A DNA stretch of 64,000 bases from the human T2T-CHM13v2.0 reference genome, Homo sapiens (GCF_009914755.1 NC_060938.1), one strand, 5' to 3'; counted from the first letter of the stretch, positions 12,206 to 27,858 are shown. Notes: a model not told the origin generated them from the letters alone. Numbers and translations are program-made.

Positions 12206-12651
12206 TTTCTTAATTCATTTAGTGTTTCTATAAAAGAATACCTGAGGCTGCATAATTTATAAATAAAAGAGGTTTATTTTGCTCATAGTTCTACAGGCTC
12301 TGCAAGAAGCATGGCCCTTCTTATGAGGGGCTTTTCTGCTCCATCTGCATCTAGTAAGGGGCTCAGGCTGCTTTCATTCATTGTGGAAGGTGAAGGGGAG
12401 CTAGGATATGCAGAGATCACATGGCAAGAGAGGAAGCGAGAGAGGAGGGGCATGCCAGGTTCTTTTTAACAACCAGCTCTCATGAAACTAATAAAAGTGA
12501 AAACTCACTCATTACCCCAAGGAAGGCACCAAGCCATTCATGAGGGATCTGGCCCCAGGGCCCAAACACCTCCCCTTTGGCCCTACCTCCAACACTGGGG
12601 ATCTGATTTCAACATGAGATTTGGAGGGGTCTGACAAACCAAACTATATCA
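12206..12651 (+). mobile_element. MST (MSTB-like) MaLR solo LTR
   Basis: AAAGAATACCTGAGGCTGCATAATTTATAAA...GCAGAGATCACATGGCAAGAG...TTTCAACATGAGATTTGGAGGGG...AAACTATATCA. Confidence 0.8.
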
Positions 12652-12860
12652 GTGAGACTATTCTGTGCTGAAACAGGTGAGTGAAGCCCAGTGATGTTTC
12701 TTAAGAATTTTAAGACTCTTCAGAATAATTCTGAAGCCACTGCTCTAGTTTGTTTTCCTAAAACCTGTCCATCATCAGAAATACTCATAGATCTTTTTAT
12801 ACACAGAGAGCTCTAAGCCTCAGGGATTCTAATTTCAAAAATCTGAGGTGAGACTCAAGA

Positions 12861-13046
12861 ATATGTTTTTAACAAGGCAAAACCAGTTTAGGATCCATAG
12901 TTTATAGCTCTAACTTGTACCAGTGCTTTGGCCAGCCAGTGCCAGATATGTTTTTAACAAGTCCTCCAAGTGATTCTTATGCAAATCTAGTTTAGGATTC
13001 ATAGTTTATAGCCACAACTTCTAACAGTGCTTTGGCCATCCAGTGC
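12861..13046. repeat. Imperfect tandem duplication (~85 and ~101 bp) of a MER5-like end plus flank
   Basis: Two copies ATATGTTTTTAACAAG...AGTTTAGGAT.CATAGTTTATAGC...CAGTGCTTTGGCCA.CCAGTGC; first copy lacks ~18 nt. Confidence 0.85.
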
Positions 13047-15888
13047 ACGCCTTTGCTCTCAAGGGGCTTGGGTGAATGTGCAGACAGATGAAAATACTAG
13101 GAAGCAGTACAAATATTAATCCTAAAGTAACAGGTTGTTCATAAAAGCATCCTGAATTTAGGAATAATAGCTTTAGATAAATATATTTGTAAATCCTGCT
13201 GAAACTTGAATTTTAATTGCATGTATTGAAATTTTGCTGAATGTGAAAAAAATTTTACTTAATTGTGATACTTTAACATCTTGGTAGATTCTTTCAATTC
13301 ATTCTGTTAAAAGATTAATACTTTAGTCAACTATGTGGCAATTATGTCTTTCAAGCTTCATTTTAAAACTTCATTTTAGTTTTAATTTAAGTAAAATGTT
13401 TTATTTCGGTTATGTGGGAGTAGTATTCAGTGTGTGGAGATTTCTAAGTAATTTTAATTTTTTACTCCTTCGGTTCACATGTATTTAACTTTAAGATTCT
13501 GACACTGTGTTTGTTCTTTTCTGTAACTCTGGGGCGTATGAAGTGAATATATCTGTTTCTCTTTCTTTTTTCTTTTTCTTTGATTTCTGTAGCCTACTTG
13601 GGCCCATGAACTAACTACTTCATGGTTCTGCCTGCACATTGACTCACCTGTCTTCCGTTGATTGAATTCCTTCAATCTTTGTAAAATTCTCTGTGGAGGT
13701 AGGCTTTTCCTTTTTTTTTTTTTTTTCAATACATACATTCATATATAAAGACTAGAGTATAATACGTAACTAACTCTCTCCCAACAGTTTGTTGGACTGT
13801 CATAAAGGATTATTATGCTCAGATTGAATTCATTGGTAAGAGAAAGAGCTATCATGAGTTTTTATGAAATAACTTCTTCATTTATTTGCTGGTGGTAAAG
13901 GGTAAAGAGAAATTTTCATCTTTATAAAAGTAAAGGATTTCTTCACATGAAATTCTACTTTAGATTTTATGGAGCGTTTGGGGTCTATCAGGACTTTTCA
14001 TGGGAGCTGAGGTGGAATGTAAAGAACCTTATTCTCTCTAGCCTTCGTTTGTCATCTGTAAAATGGCAATGATAACACTTCCTTCTTGGAATTGTTCTGA
14101 GAGTGAAATAAAATAATGTATATGAAATGTCAAGTCCTTGGCAAATGAGTGCTCCCTGGGGCAAAAATGCCCACTGGGGCAAAAATCCCTAAAGATTGCA
14201 GGGTGTTGTACACACTACTATCTCAGAAATAGTTGGTTCGTTGCCATTCTTTTGGAATACTTCTCATGCTCTGATACTAAACCCACAGCTCCCCTCCACT
14301 GGCTTCCATGTCACTGTCAACTGGAGAGAGTGAGAGTCCTAGAACTCTGCATACCTCTGGCCGAACCACAACTCCCTAGTCGTTGATCCCTACTACTCAC
14401 TGGATTGTCACCATTATTTGCCTTGAGACCATTTGGATTATGACATTATACCATCTATCTCAATTTGTGTTAGTCATTTCAAGTATATTAGGTTATCTTT
14501 CATTTCTCAGACTCATCCCATATGGCTGTCATCTGTTTCTGACCTCGTCTTCCACTGCTCTCTAACTCCTGAAACCCTTCCACTGTGCTCTCTGGAACTC
14601 ACAGTCAATCATCAGCAAAACTCACATGTCTCTAATTCTCTTCTGAACATTTCTGTCTGTTTCTTACACTCCGAGAACCTCCTCTGAGGCTTCCCTGTAG
14701 TTCTCTCAAGTGGTCAGTCTTTTCTCTTTATGTCTCTCATACTAATTTGAAGATGGTATAGGTGTCCTGTTTGTCCCACATTTCTGCTTCTCAACCATCT
14801 TCCTCTCCTTGAACCCCCCAGCTTTTAATCTCATGAATGTATACCATCTACGGCTCTCCTTACTATTGTCATCTATAGACTCCTAGACCATTTCCTGTCA
14901 TTTCATGAAAGTTTTAGCTAAATTTTAGCTTCTACTCACCTTTTAGTTCTCTTCAGTATTACCCCTGTTATAATTCTGGATGATTTCAATATGCATGTAG
15001 CTAATCCTTCTAATGCTTTCAGTTCCTGAACCTCTTCTTCTCTAATGATCATATTCTCTACCTACACTGGCCACTTATTTTCTCCTATGGTCATACCACT
15101 GATCTTGTCATTACCAAAATAGCATTTGTTAGTATCTGCCCATCTGCCACCACCATCTCCTTTGTTTCTAACTCACCCTCTCAAGTACTTCAACTCTGAC
15201 AGTTTTCACCCCTACCAAGACTTCTATCAATTCATTGATTCTACCACCTTTGCACTGACCCCCCACACTCATTCTTACTTCCCTCTTTATCCAGTTGAGG
15301 TTTTGTAGTATGTTATTTAATCCCTTGCCTATCCCTTGAACCATCATATTTCCCTGGTAAAATTCCAACCATAGTTAAATATAACTCTGCCTGCTTCACA
15401 TTTGCACCCATGCATTTGAATCTTCCTGAGGAAAAGCACAACCATGCAGACTGATATCACTATAATTCAACGTCTAGTGTACCTATGATGCTATCACACA
15501 ATTCTGGTTCACTTCTTTGGTTCATCACTTCATTTAGCTCATTCATCTGCTATCTAGGAGATTGCTTTTTTATATCTTCTCCTGTCAAACCTTCGACACT
15601 TTTTTCTTTGATTTCACCCATAACTGATATTCTTCGCTTTCTGTTTCACTGAAAAAATAGAAGCAATCATAAAAGAATTTTATAAGCTCTTGCCACCACT
15701 TATTTATCTGTGCCTATATACTCTGTTCCTTGGGATGAATTCTTTGTGTTTATTTCTAAGGCCTACCCCCCAACTTGTGCTGTGATCCCACCTGCTCTTG
15801 CCTACATCACTCCAGCCACTTTCTCCCTTCTTTCTTATTTCTTGGCCCTTTTCTACCATTTCCTTCCTATCATTTTACAAATAGTCTA

Positions 15889-16284
<396 letters not shown>

Positions 16285-16574
16285 CTAAACCAGATGTCTC
16301 CAGTTCCTCTCCTCCCACTCCTATCAGGCTTTTCCACTGAAACTGTTGTAGCAGTGACTTCCACATTGCTAAATCCAATGATCAGTTCTCAGTCAGCAGC
16401 ATGTGACAGAGCTGATAACTCCTTGCTCTCTGAAAGACAAGTCACGCTTTCCTAGTTCTTCCTGTTTCATCAAACACTCCTTTTCTCTTCTGTTGAATTC
16501 TCTTAATCTCCCCATCCTCTAAACATTGGTGTACCCCTGGGACTATTCCTCTGATCTCTTTTCTTTTCCCTTCT

Positions 16575-16860
16575 TTTCTTTTTTTTTTTGAGACAGAGTC
16601 TCACTCTGTCACCCAGGCTGGAATGCAATGGTGTGATTTTGGCTCACTGTAACCTCCGTCCTGCAGGGTTCAAGCGATTCTCCTGCCTCAGCCGTCTGAG
16701 TAGGTGGGATTATAGATGTGTGCCACCACACCCAGATAAGTTTTGTATTTTTAGTAGAAACAGGGTTTTGCCATGTTGGCCAGGCTGGTCTCAAACTTCT
16801 GGCTTCAAGTGATCCACCCACCTTGTCCTCCCAAAGTGCTGGGATTACAGGTGTGAGTGA
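16575..16860 (-). mobile_element. Alu (full length)
   Basis: T tail then GAGACAGAGTCTCACTCTGTCACCCAGGCTGG...CCCAAAGTGCTGGGATTACAGG. Confidence 0.92.
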
Positions 16861-17183
16861 TCTCTTTTCTTTTACACTCATTATCGGGCTCATGGTGATT
16901 CTGAAATTTATATCCCTGGCCTGGAACTCTCCCCTGAATTTCAGTCTCATCTCCAGCTGCCTCCGTGACATCTCCACTTGGATGTCTAACAGCTCAGATT
17001 TGTAAAACTCCCCATCTTTATACTACCAATCTACACTTTCTACTGTTCCCATCTAAGTAAATGGTAATGTCTTTCTTCTAATTGCTTAGGCCAAAGATCT
17101 TTAAGTTATTCTGTATCTCCCCTTTTTCCCCTCATCCTGCATGTTCAATCCATGCCATACTGTTCCCTTCACTTCAAAAAAAA

Positions 17184-17524
17184 TTTTTTTTCGAGATAGT
17201 GTCTTGCTGTGTGGCCCAGGCTGGAATGTAGTGGCGTGAACATAGCTCACTGCAGCCTCGACCTCCTGCCTCAGCCTTCCGGGTAGCTGGTAATCACAGG
17301 CACACATCACCATGCACGTCACCACACCTAACTAACCTCAGCCTCCTGAGCAGCTGGTACTACAGGCTATGTGCGTCACCACACCTGGCTCATTTTTTAA
17401 TTTTTTGCAGAGATGGGCTCTTACCACGATGCCTAGGCTGTTTTCCAACACCAGCTCAAGCAATCCTCCTGCCTTGACCTCCCAGAGTGCTTGGGATTAC
17501 AGGCATGAGCCATCGTGCCTGGCC
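17184..17524 (-). mobile_element. Alu (AluJ-like, internal duplication)
   Basis: Antisense Alu; CCTCAGCCT...AGCTGGTA...CAGGC...CACCACACC segment occurs twice. Confidence 0.8.
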
Positions 17525-17879
17525 AAAAAATTAATAATCTGATAATTTTCTCATTTAATTGCTACCACCCATCTTCAGTTACTATTACCACCATCAAAAG
17601 TAATAGTTTATCTTTTTGTTTTTACTTCCACTCTTACTTCCTGCAGTCTATTCTTAACAAAACAACCATAATGATCTGTTAATGTAAGTTAGGTCATAGC
17701 ATTCCTTTGCTCAAAATCCTCCAGTTGCTTCCCAGTTCAATCAAAGTAAAAGCAAAAATCATTACAAAGTCCAACACAAGTCTTCTGCCCTTTTTATCTC
17801 CTTGATTTATCTTCCAGTACTCCCTCACTGGTTTCAGTCACACTTTTAATTTTTATCTTATGTAACATATACTTATATA

Positions 17880-18110
17880 GCACTTAGCATCATTCTAAGG
17901 ACTTTATGAATATGAATATTCATTTAATCTTCATAATAATATTATGAGGTACGTATCAATATTATTTCCATTTTTTGAAATGAGGTAACTGTGGCACAGA
18001 GAGGTTAAAGTAACTTGTCCAAGAGAGGTGAAAGTAACTTCCCAGTTAGGAAGTATAGGAGCCAGGATTCAAACCCACACAGTCTGGCTCTAAAATTGTG
18101 CTCACTCTTC
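17880..18110 (-). mobile_element. MIR
   Basis: ATTTAATCTTCATAATAA...GAAATGAGGTAACTGTGGCACAGAGAGGTTAAAGTAACTTGTCCAAG...GCCAGGATTCAAACCC. Confidence 0.75.
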
Positions 18111-19233
18111 CCCAGTCGTGCTGGGTAGTCTCCTGCTTCCATACCTTTGTGCTTTCTGTGCTCTTCTTGGGCGTTTCTTCCCCCAGTTTCCCACATGACT
18201 TTGCTCACTCATCACCTTCAAGGCTTTGACAAATCTTACCTCTTCTGTGAGGTCTTTTTATACAATCTCATTTAAAATTACAAACAGCAACGGTTGATCT
18301 ACAGTGTCATCAAGGAAGGAGGATCTACCTTTCTGTTCCATTATTCTTGTGTGTGCCTTCCCCATCCTTGAGGTCTAGGACGACTTGTGGAGTGCAGACA
18401 TCGCATCCGTGTTCTAGAGAGCAGAAAGAGAGAAAGGGATGCCTACCAGCTGAATCTCACTTAAGACTCCATTTTCTTGTTGCCAGAACTTAATATGCCC
18501 GATGGCCATACTAAATTGCATAGGGACCTAGAAAATGTAGCGTTTATTAAAGGTGGCAATGAGCCCAACTAAAAGTCAGGGTTCTGTTACTCAGGTAGAA
18601 GAAGGGAAGAGACAACCAGCAGTCTCTACCCCACCAGGGTTCCATCTTTATCCGTACTTGTACTTTACTATCTTTGAATAACATTATAAACTTTTATAGC
18701 TTAGCTACCAAAAATAGGTTGACGACTCTCATCCATGCTGCCGAAACATATCAGCTACCTCTGATATTGGAGATCTCCATTTAGATGTTCCAGAGGCTTT
18801 GTGAGCTCAACGTGTTTAAAATTAAACTTATCTTTCATCTTTAATGGCTCAAATGTGCTCCTCTTCCTGTACCGTACCTCCGTGAATGGTACCACCAGTT
18901 TATATCTCCTTCACCTCGTACATTCACCCAGTTACAAATTAATTTTGTAAATATTTCTCGGATCTGCCTAATTCTCCTTCCTTATTGCTACTGTGTAGAT
19001 CACGCCATAACCCCTCCCCAGGATTACAGTAGAGTTAAATCATAACAGGTATTTAAGTTCATGTCATTTTAATTCATACAGTTCAAAAGTGGGGAAGAAA
19101 ATAACTTTAAATAGTGCTGGGTAATCCTGCCTGTATTCTACTCAGTGAACATATATTCATCTGGGGACTGAGTGTGAGGTGGGAAATATAATAATGTTGC
19201 TCCCTCTGTTATATTTTTTTTCTTTAAAGATAA

Positions 19234-19350
19234 CTTTTTTTTTTTTAAGACAAAGTCTCGCTCTGTTGTCCAGGATGGAGTGCAGTGGCGCGATCTAGCC
19301 AAACCGCAACCTCCGCCTCCTGGGTTCAAGCAATTCTCATGTCTCAGCCC
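19234..19350 (-). mobile_element. Alu right-arm fragment
   Basis: T tail, AGTCTCGCTCTGTTGTCCAGG...CTCCGCCTCCTGGGTTCAAGCAATTCTC. Confidence 0.8.
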
Positions 19351-19363
19351 TCTGGCATCTTAA

Positions 19364-19690
<327 letters not shown>

Positions 19691-19719
19691 AGATAACATT
19701 TTTTAGCATACTGTCTTCA

Positions 19720-19925
19720 TGGTGCTGTTTTAAGAGATTTGCATGTATTATTCTCACAATAGCAATGTGAGGTAGAAATTGTTACATCCACTTTAGAGAT
19801 AGGAAACTGAGGCACTGAGTGATTAACTAGCTTGCTTAAGGTTGCACAGCTAGCTAGTTAGAAGAGCTAATATTCGATTTAGGCAAGCTAACTCCAGAGT
19901 CCACTTTCATAACACTGTGCTGCCA
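19720..19925 (-). mobile_element. MIR
   Basis: CACTTTAGAGATAGGAAACTGAGGCACTGAGTGATTAACTAGCTTGCTTAAGGTTGCACAGCTAG. Confidence 0.7.
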
Positions 19926-20784
19926 TTTCCCCACTATTATAGGAACCTGGAAGCTTATTTTCTGGAGAAGGTAAACTAAAAGGACTCAGCAATCATAGAT
20001 ATTAGGTGTAGTTAAGGCCAAGATCACCTTACTGAAAACAGGGAGATTAAGTGAAAGTCTACTAACTGAAGGAGAGTCCCAGTTAGTAGGAGTTCTGAGA
20101 CTGCTGGCAGCAAGTCTTCTACTTTCACTTAAGGGATTGGAGGAATATTTTCAACAGAATTTCTCCTGCCCAAGAGAAAAGACCTACAGGTAAAAATAGT
20201 TGAGGGCCCTTCAAGAAAGAGCTGAGTACCTCCTGTTTAATCATCATATAGTTAAGCATACCACTCAATAAGCCTCTTCTGTGTACACAGAGCTTGTATT
20301 TAGTCTTTTAATGCATCACACTTACGTCAAGAAATAGCCAAGTATCACCAGATATTTCAGGAAAACCTTTAATGTGAAAGATATATACTAAAACAGCCAC
20401 ATACACACACACAAGCCAATAATGAGATACCTCTACACATGTATTAGAATGACAAAAATCTGAAACACTGACAATACCAAATACTGGCGAGGATGTGGGA
20501 CAACAGGAACTCTCATTCATTGCTGGTGGGAATAAGAAATGGTACAGCTACTTTGGAATACAGTTTGGCAGTTTTTTAACCAAACTAAATATAATCTCAT
20601 CATAGGATCCATCAGTAGTGCTCCTTGGTATTTACCCAAATGAGTTCAAGACATATTTCTACACAAAAACCTCCATAAAGATGTTAATAACAGCCTTATA
20701 TTTACCAAAATCTGGAAGCAACTAAAATGTTCCTCAGAAGTGAAAGAATTTTAAAAACTGATATATTTGTACAATGGGATATTA

Positions 20785-21566
<782 letters not shown>

Positions 21567-22142
21567 GAAGAAGAAATGAGGCATCAAGCCATGAAAAGTC
21601 ATGGAGGAATCTTAAATGTATACTGTCAAGTGAAAGAAACCATGTGATCCAGCAATTCCTCTTCTGGGTTTATACCCAAAGGAAATGAAATTGGTACCTT
21701 GTAGAGATATCTATGCTCCCATGTTCATTGCAGCATTATTAACGATAGCCAAGTTAGAGAAACAACCTAAGTGTCAGTAAGTGAGTATATAAAAAATTGT
21801 GATATGTACGTACAGTGCAATATTGTTCAGACTTAAGGAGATCCTGCCATTTTCAACAACATGCATAGACATGGAGAACATTATGCTAAATGAAATGAGC
21901 CAGACACAGAAGGAAGAATACTGCATGATCTCACATTCATGTGGAATCTAAAAAAGTCAAATACATATGAACAGAGTAGAACAGTGGTTATGTGGGGGAT
22001 GGGAAGATGTTCATCAAAGGGTATAAAGTTGCAGTTATGTAGAATGAATAAGTCTACAGAGCTAATGTACAGCATGATGACTATATGTAATATTGTTTAC
22101 TGAAAATTTGCCAAGAGAGTAGATTTCAGGTGCTTTTACCAC

Positions 22143-22203
22143 AAGGAAGGAAGAAAGGGAGGAGGAAGGGCAAGAGGGAAGGAAGGGAGGGAGGAAAGAA
22201 AAG
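22143..22203. repeat. Purine-rich (GGAA/GGGA) low-complexity tract
   Basis: AAGGAAGGAAGAAAGGGAGGAGGAAGGG...GGAAGGGAGGGAGGAAAG. Confidence 0.8.
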
Positions 22204-23656
22204 ATAACTGTGAGAGGGTAGATACGTTAATTTGCTTGACTCTAGTAATCATTTCTCTGTGTATATCAAAACATCATGTTGTACACCTTAAATGTATATA
22301 ATAAAACAAAAAAATCTGAAAAGGCTACATACTGTATGATTCCAAGTATGTGACATTCTGGAAAAGGCAAAACTATGCAGAAAATAACAAAGATCAGTGG
22401 TTGCCAGAGTTTAGCAGAGGGAGCGTGAATAGGCAGAGCACCCTCACCTTTAGGACAGTGAAATGAATCTGTATGATACTATAAAGTGGACACGTGTCAT
22501 TATATATTTGTCAAAACCCATAGAATGTACAGCACTAAAAGTGAACCCTATAATGTAAATTATGGACTTTGTGTGATAATGACATGTTAATATAGATACA
22601 TTGATTGTAACAAATGTACCACTCTGGTGCAGGATGTTGATTGTAGGGGAAGCTGTGCATGTGTTGGGGGCAGGAGGTATATGGGAACTCTGTACTTTCT
22701 GTTCAACTTTGTTGTGAACCTAAAACTGCTCCTAAAATTATTAAAGAAAACACAAGGAAAGAAACAGACTCAGAGGAAAAGAGGAAACAGACAATACAAG
22801 ACCAGATGAAAACTTAAAAAGCTACATTTAATAACTTTAGAGAACTAAAAGAAGATACTGCATTCTTGAAACAAAAATAAGGAATTATAAAAAGGGTATA
22901 TTCAGAAAACCAAAAGTCCTAGAAGTCAAAATTAGTTCAATTGTTGGGTTGGGAGAGTTACAGAAGTTTCCTGGGGGTGGAAAAAAAGAGAAAGCTTGAA
23001 AATGGGAGAGAAAAGATAAGAAAATTAGAAGATCAGTCCAGGAAGTCCAACATGCAAATAATAGAAATTCTGCAACAAGAAAAAAGTAAAAGGGATGGTA
23101 GAAAATTATTAACAAAATAATACAAAAATTGATGTAACTGAAGGAAATTAGTTTCAAGATTAAAAGTTTTCCTCCCGGTATCCAGTATAATACTTGTAAG
23201 ATAATTGTTACCCAAGACATACTGTGAATGATCAGAAATCCAGTTATATAGATAATATTCTAAAAGCTTACAGAGAGAAGGAACAAACAACACAAAAAAA
23301 ATTCCTGCAAAGAATCAAGAACCACAGTAGTGAAAGTCTTCCTAGGAGCAATACTGTAAACTAGATGACTATAAAACAATGCCTTCAAAATTCCTGGGGG
23401 GAAATGATTTTAATATAGAATTCTATAACTAGCCAAACTGTTGCTTAAGTGTGAAGTTTGAACAATGACATTTTCATATATACAAGGTCTCAAAAATTTT
23501 TATTCACCCTTACTTAGTGAACAATAGAGTATACCCTTTACCAAAGTTAGAGAGTAACAAAGAAACAAGGAATCAGGCACAGGAAAGAAGTGGAGGGAAT
23601 TCCCAGGACATAACTAAGCAGCAGATCTAAGCACCATCTACAGATTGGAGTTGTGA

Positions 23657-23989
<333 letters not shown>

Positions 23990-24677
23990 TGGAGTTGTTC
24001 TTTTCACAAAGGCACAGTCCTCGCTCCAGGTCATGCTTGCCCTCTGGATTGTGTTCAGGATGGAAACTCTTTTCTTATTCCTCTGAGTAAAGGGATTGTC
24101 TTTCTCATTTGTCGGTCTAACTCTTAATTTGTGTTAACAGTGCTTGAGTAGATTAGCAGTCAGGCCGGGCTGTTAAAAAAGTCAGAATAAAATAGGGATT
24201 GAACCAAGGTAGTAATAAGGTGAATAAAAGAAAGAAACAGGTTAACAAATGGTGGGGTGCAGCAGAGTTCCAGTTGAGAGGAGCTGATATCTGAGTAAAT
24301 GTGGACAATAAAGGAGAAGTAGATGTCTGGTGTATCTCCCAGGTTTCCGGCTTGAGCCACTGGATTAATGATAGTGTCATCAATGAAGATAGGAACACAG
24401 TAGGAGGAGGTTGTTCAAAATAAAAATGAGTTCAGTTTTAGACTTATATGTAGGTGGACAAGGCTTAGAACTGAAGCACAGGCTAGAAATTCATTCATTC
24501 AATACTCTTGTCTACTAATAAGAAAGAGATAAATAAGAGCCAGTTACTTCCCTGAAAAAGCTCATAGTCTAATAGGGGAAACAAATACATAAGCAAATAA
24601 TTTATAATCTAGTATGATAAATTTAACAGTTTAAATATGTATAAGGCATAGTGATATCTTAGAAGAGAGAGTGACTT

Positions 24678-25442
24678 TGATATGGGCAGGAGGCAGGGAA
24701 ATACTGGGTAGAAGAGGGTGGTTCCCCAGCAAAGGCCCCCACCCCCCAAGCCTGGAAACCCATGGCCCTAATTGGGAACAGGCATTTCTGTTTTCATGTC
24801 CAAATGTTGCCTTTTGCCTGCCATCCCCGCATCCTGTACCCATATAAACCCCAAATTCCAGGTCCACAGGCAGGAGAGCAGACAAACAGAGGAGCAGAAG
24901 AGGAGCACAGTAAAGGAGAGAAGAGAAGGAGTGTTTGAACGTCAAGGAGAGGTCGGTTGGGGACAGCTGGAGAGGAGATTGGCCATGGGACAGCAGAACT
25001 CCAGGGGAAGATCATCTTCCCACTCCATCCCCTTTCCAGCTCCCCATCCATCTCACTGAGAGCCACCTCCATCACCTAATACAATTCCCACATTCACCAT
25101 CCTTCAAATCCGTCTGTGACCTGATTCTTCCTGGACACAGGAAAAGAATCTGGGTACGAAGAGGGCACTGGGCTGGTTAATACTTAAGCAATCTGTGGAA
25201 GGCAGAGCTAAAAGAGCACTGTAGCATGCCCACTGGGGCTTCAGGAGTTGCAGGCATGTATTCCTAGATGCTGCTGTGGGGCTGGAGCCCAAAAGCGCTC
25301 TCCCCGCCCCCTACACCTGCCGGTCTGCGAGCTCCGCCTCCTGTAAGGGGTTTGAGAGTGCAGCAGCCGAACAGAACAGACAAGCCACAGCCCTGTCGCA
25401 GGCCCTGCCCTTCGTGGGGGATCAGGGGACTCTCCCGTTTCA
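24678..25442 (+). mobile_element. ERV1 solo LTR, MER50-like
   Basis: TG...CA termini (TGATATGGGCAGGAGGCAGGGAAATACTGGGTAGAAGAGGG...CTCTCCCGTTTCA), 4-bp TSD ACTT on both sides, TATAAA ~24843. Confidence 0.8.
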
Positions 25443-26076
25443 ACTTTCCCTTAGTTGGAGGGTGAGGGTCAGTAAATGTTCATGGACAACTAAGCTGAAA
25501 AGGAATTTGACTAGCAGACAAGGCAAGAGAGAATATTCCAGCATGTGCAAGGATACAAAGCCATATACTACCTATTGTATTCAAAGTACCAAAAATAGTT
25601 TACTGTTATTAGTAGTACATAAAGTACAAAGGAGAAAATTAAACTGGAGAGTTAGACAAGTCTCAGATCCCAAGGAATTTGTAGTTTTTGCTGAAGCAGT
25701 GAGAAGCCACTGAGGTTGTTGAAAAAGAGTCAAAGTAGATACTGGAATCCACTGTTGGTTGCTTCCAAAAAGAATTTTGGTCCTTTCTAGTGCCCAGAAC
25801 ATAATCTCTTTCTCTGGCAAAGAAAACGTAGTCTTCTGTCTTCCTTTTCCTAAAGAAGGTTACAATTATTTTATGAAGATTGTAATTTTGAGTAATGATA
25901 ATGGAATAAAGAAGGAGTGAAATGGCCTTTGTGTGCTCCTCATTTTTTTTCTTTTTTAAGGCAAAAAGGTTTTAAAACCCTCTGGAGCACTGATTCTGAA
26001 TACCTTCTTTTTATAACATTTTCTAAATGCTCCCTTTACTATATGAAATGAAATTCCCATAGGTATTATACCCTAC

Positions 26077-26530
26077 TGCAGTGAGCTGAGTAATGCTTCC
26101 CGAAAAGGTAGCCACATCCTAGTCCCTGAAACCTGTAATTGTTACCTTATATGGCAAAAAAGAACTTTGCAGATGTGACTGAGTTAAGATGTTGAGATGG
26201 AGAGATTATCCTGGTGGACTCTAAATTCAGTCACATGTATCATGGAGGGAATATCATAGAGGAGATGCAGGCAACATGACCTCTGAGGCAGAGATTGGAA
26301 TGACATGACCACAAATCAAGGCATGCCAGCAGCTACCAGAGACTGCAAGAGGCAAGGAATGGATTCTTTCTAGAGCTTTCAGAAGAGTGGCCCTGTGGAC
26401 ACCTTGATTTAGACATCGTGAAACTGGTTTTGGATTTCTGGACTTTAGAACTGAGAAAGAATAAATTTCTGTTGTTTTAAGCCATGAAGTTTGTGATAAT
26501 TTCTTACAGCAGCCTTAGGAAACTAATACA
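26077..26530 (+). mobile_element. MLT1 (MLT1C/D-like) MaLR LTR
   Basis: GTTACCTTATATGGCAAAA...CTTTGCAGATGTGACT...GAGATTATCCTGG...AATAAATTTCTGTTGTTTTAAGCC...GGAAACTAATACA. Confidence 0.85.
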
Positions 26531-26889
26531 CTACTTACATAATATAATGCCATAACAATGAAATAAAGAAGACACAAAAAGTAAATGTTAGTGATGTGAC
26601 TTTCCATTTAGGAAACAATTTTTTGCAAAGTTCCAAACAAAACAAATTATAGTCTTTTCTGCATTTACATGGTAATTGTATTTCTGGAAAATTTAATATA
26701 TATTCAAACCATTAACCAATGTTTGTAGCATCTGCCATGTGCTTGACACACAGAGAGTATTTAATAAAAGCTGGATACATGGGTGATGAATAGATGGATG
26801 TATTAAAGCTACAAAGAGAGTACATAAGTTCCAAAATAAACATGCAAGGCAAAAATTATGTGTAGTCAAACGTATCTTTAAAAATTCTT

Positions 26890-27219
<330 letters not shown>

Positions 27220-27289
27220 TCAATATCTACATGACGTACTGGACACTGACACATACCATTTCTCAATAAAGAGCTGACAGCCCTCTCTC

Positions 27290-27410
27290 CCCATTCCCTC
27301 AGCATCGTTTGGGTATCTTATGAAGGACATGAGTTGTTTTAGGGATGTAATGAATTCCATTCAGCACTATGAGGTACTCTCACCGACAATCACAGAAGAA
27401 TTAAAACTGA
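27290..27410 (-). mobile_element. Possible hAT transposase relic
   Basis: Minus-strand translation SVIVGEST**..ITSLKQLMSFIRY resembles the hAT motif FS++DESTD....QL++F+RY; stops present. Confidence 0.35.
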
Positions 27411-27626
27411 CTGAAAGGCAATAGATATGTTTCCCATTTCAAAGCTCACTGTGGACATTTTCTTATGGTTTGGAATGGTTGTGAGCTGTCCAAACTATAT
27501 TTTGATGTGTTTTTCTTCTTTTGATCAGGGATCATAGTTCAGTAAACCCACAGTTAAACTAAGTGGGCTGATCGTATGGGTCTATCTAAAGTGAATTTGT
27601 GTACTTGTCTCATCCTTCTTATTAAT

Positions 27627-27858
27627 GAGTGGTTCTAAACTGGACTTGGTTTTTCTCCCATGGGGCATTTGGCAATGTCTGGAGGCATTTCTGATTGTCA
27701 CAGCCGGGGATTGGGGAGGGCAGGGTGAGGCAAGGGGCTATTGGCAGGTAGTGGGTAAAGGCCAGGAATGATGCTAAACATTCTGCAATACACAGGACAG
27801 CCCCCAACAACAAATAATGATCTGGGCCCAAAAGTAGTGGCAAGGTTGAGAAACCCTG
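27627..27858 (+). mobile_element. MER20 DNA transposon
   Basis: GTGGTTCT...CATTTGGCAATGTCTGGAG...GCCAGGAATGATGCTAAACAT...CAAGGTTGAGAAACCCTG. Confidence 0.85.

Noticed and set aside
24631-25713. Cluster of overlapping ORFs on both strands
   Set aside because: Result of the GC-richer LTR sequence; no gag/pol/env similarity recognised
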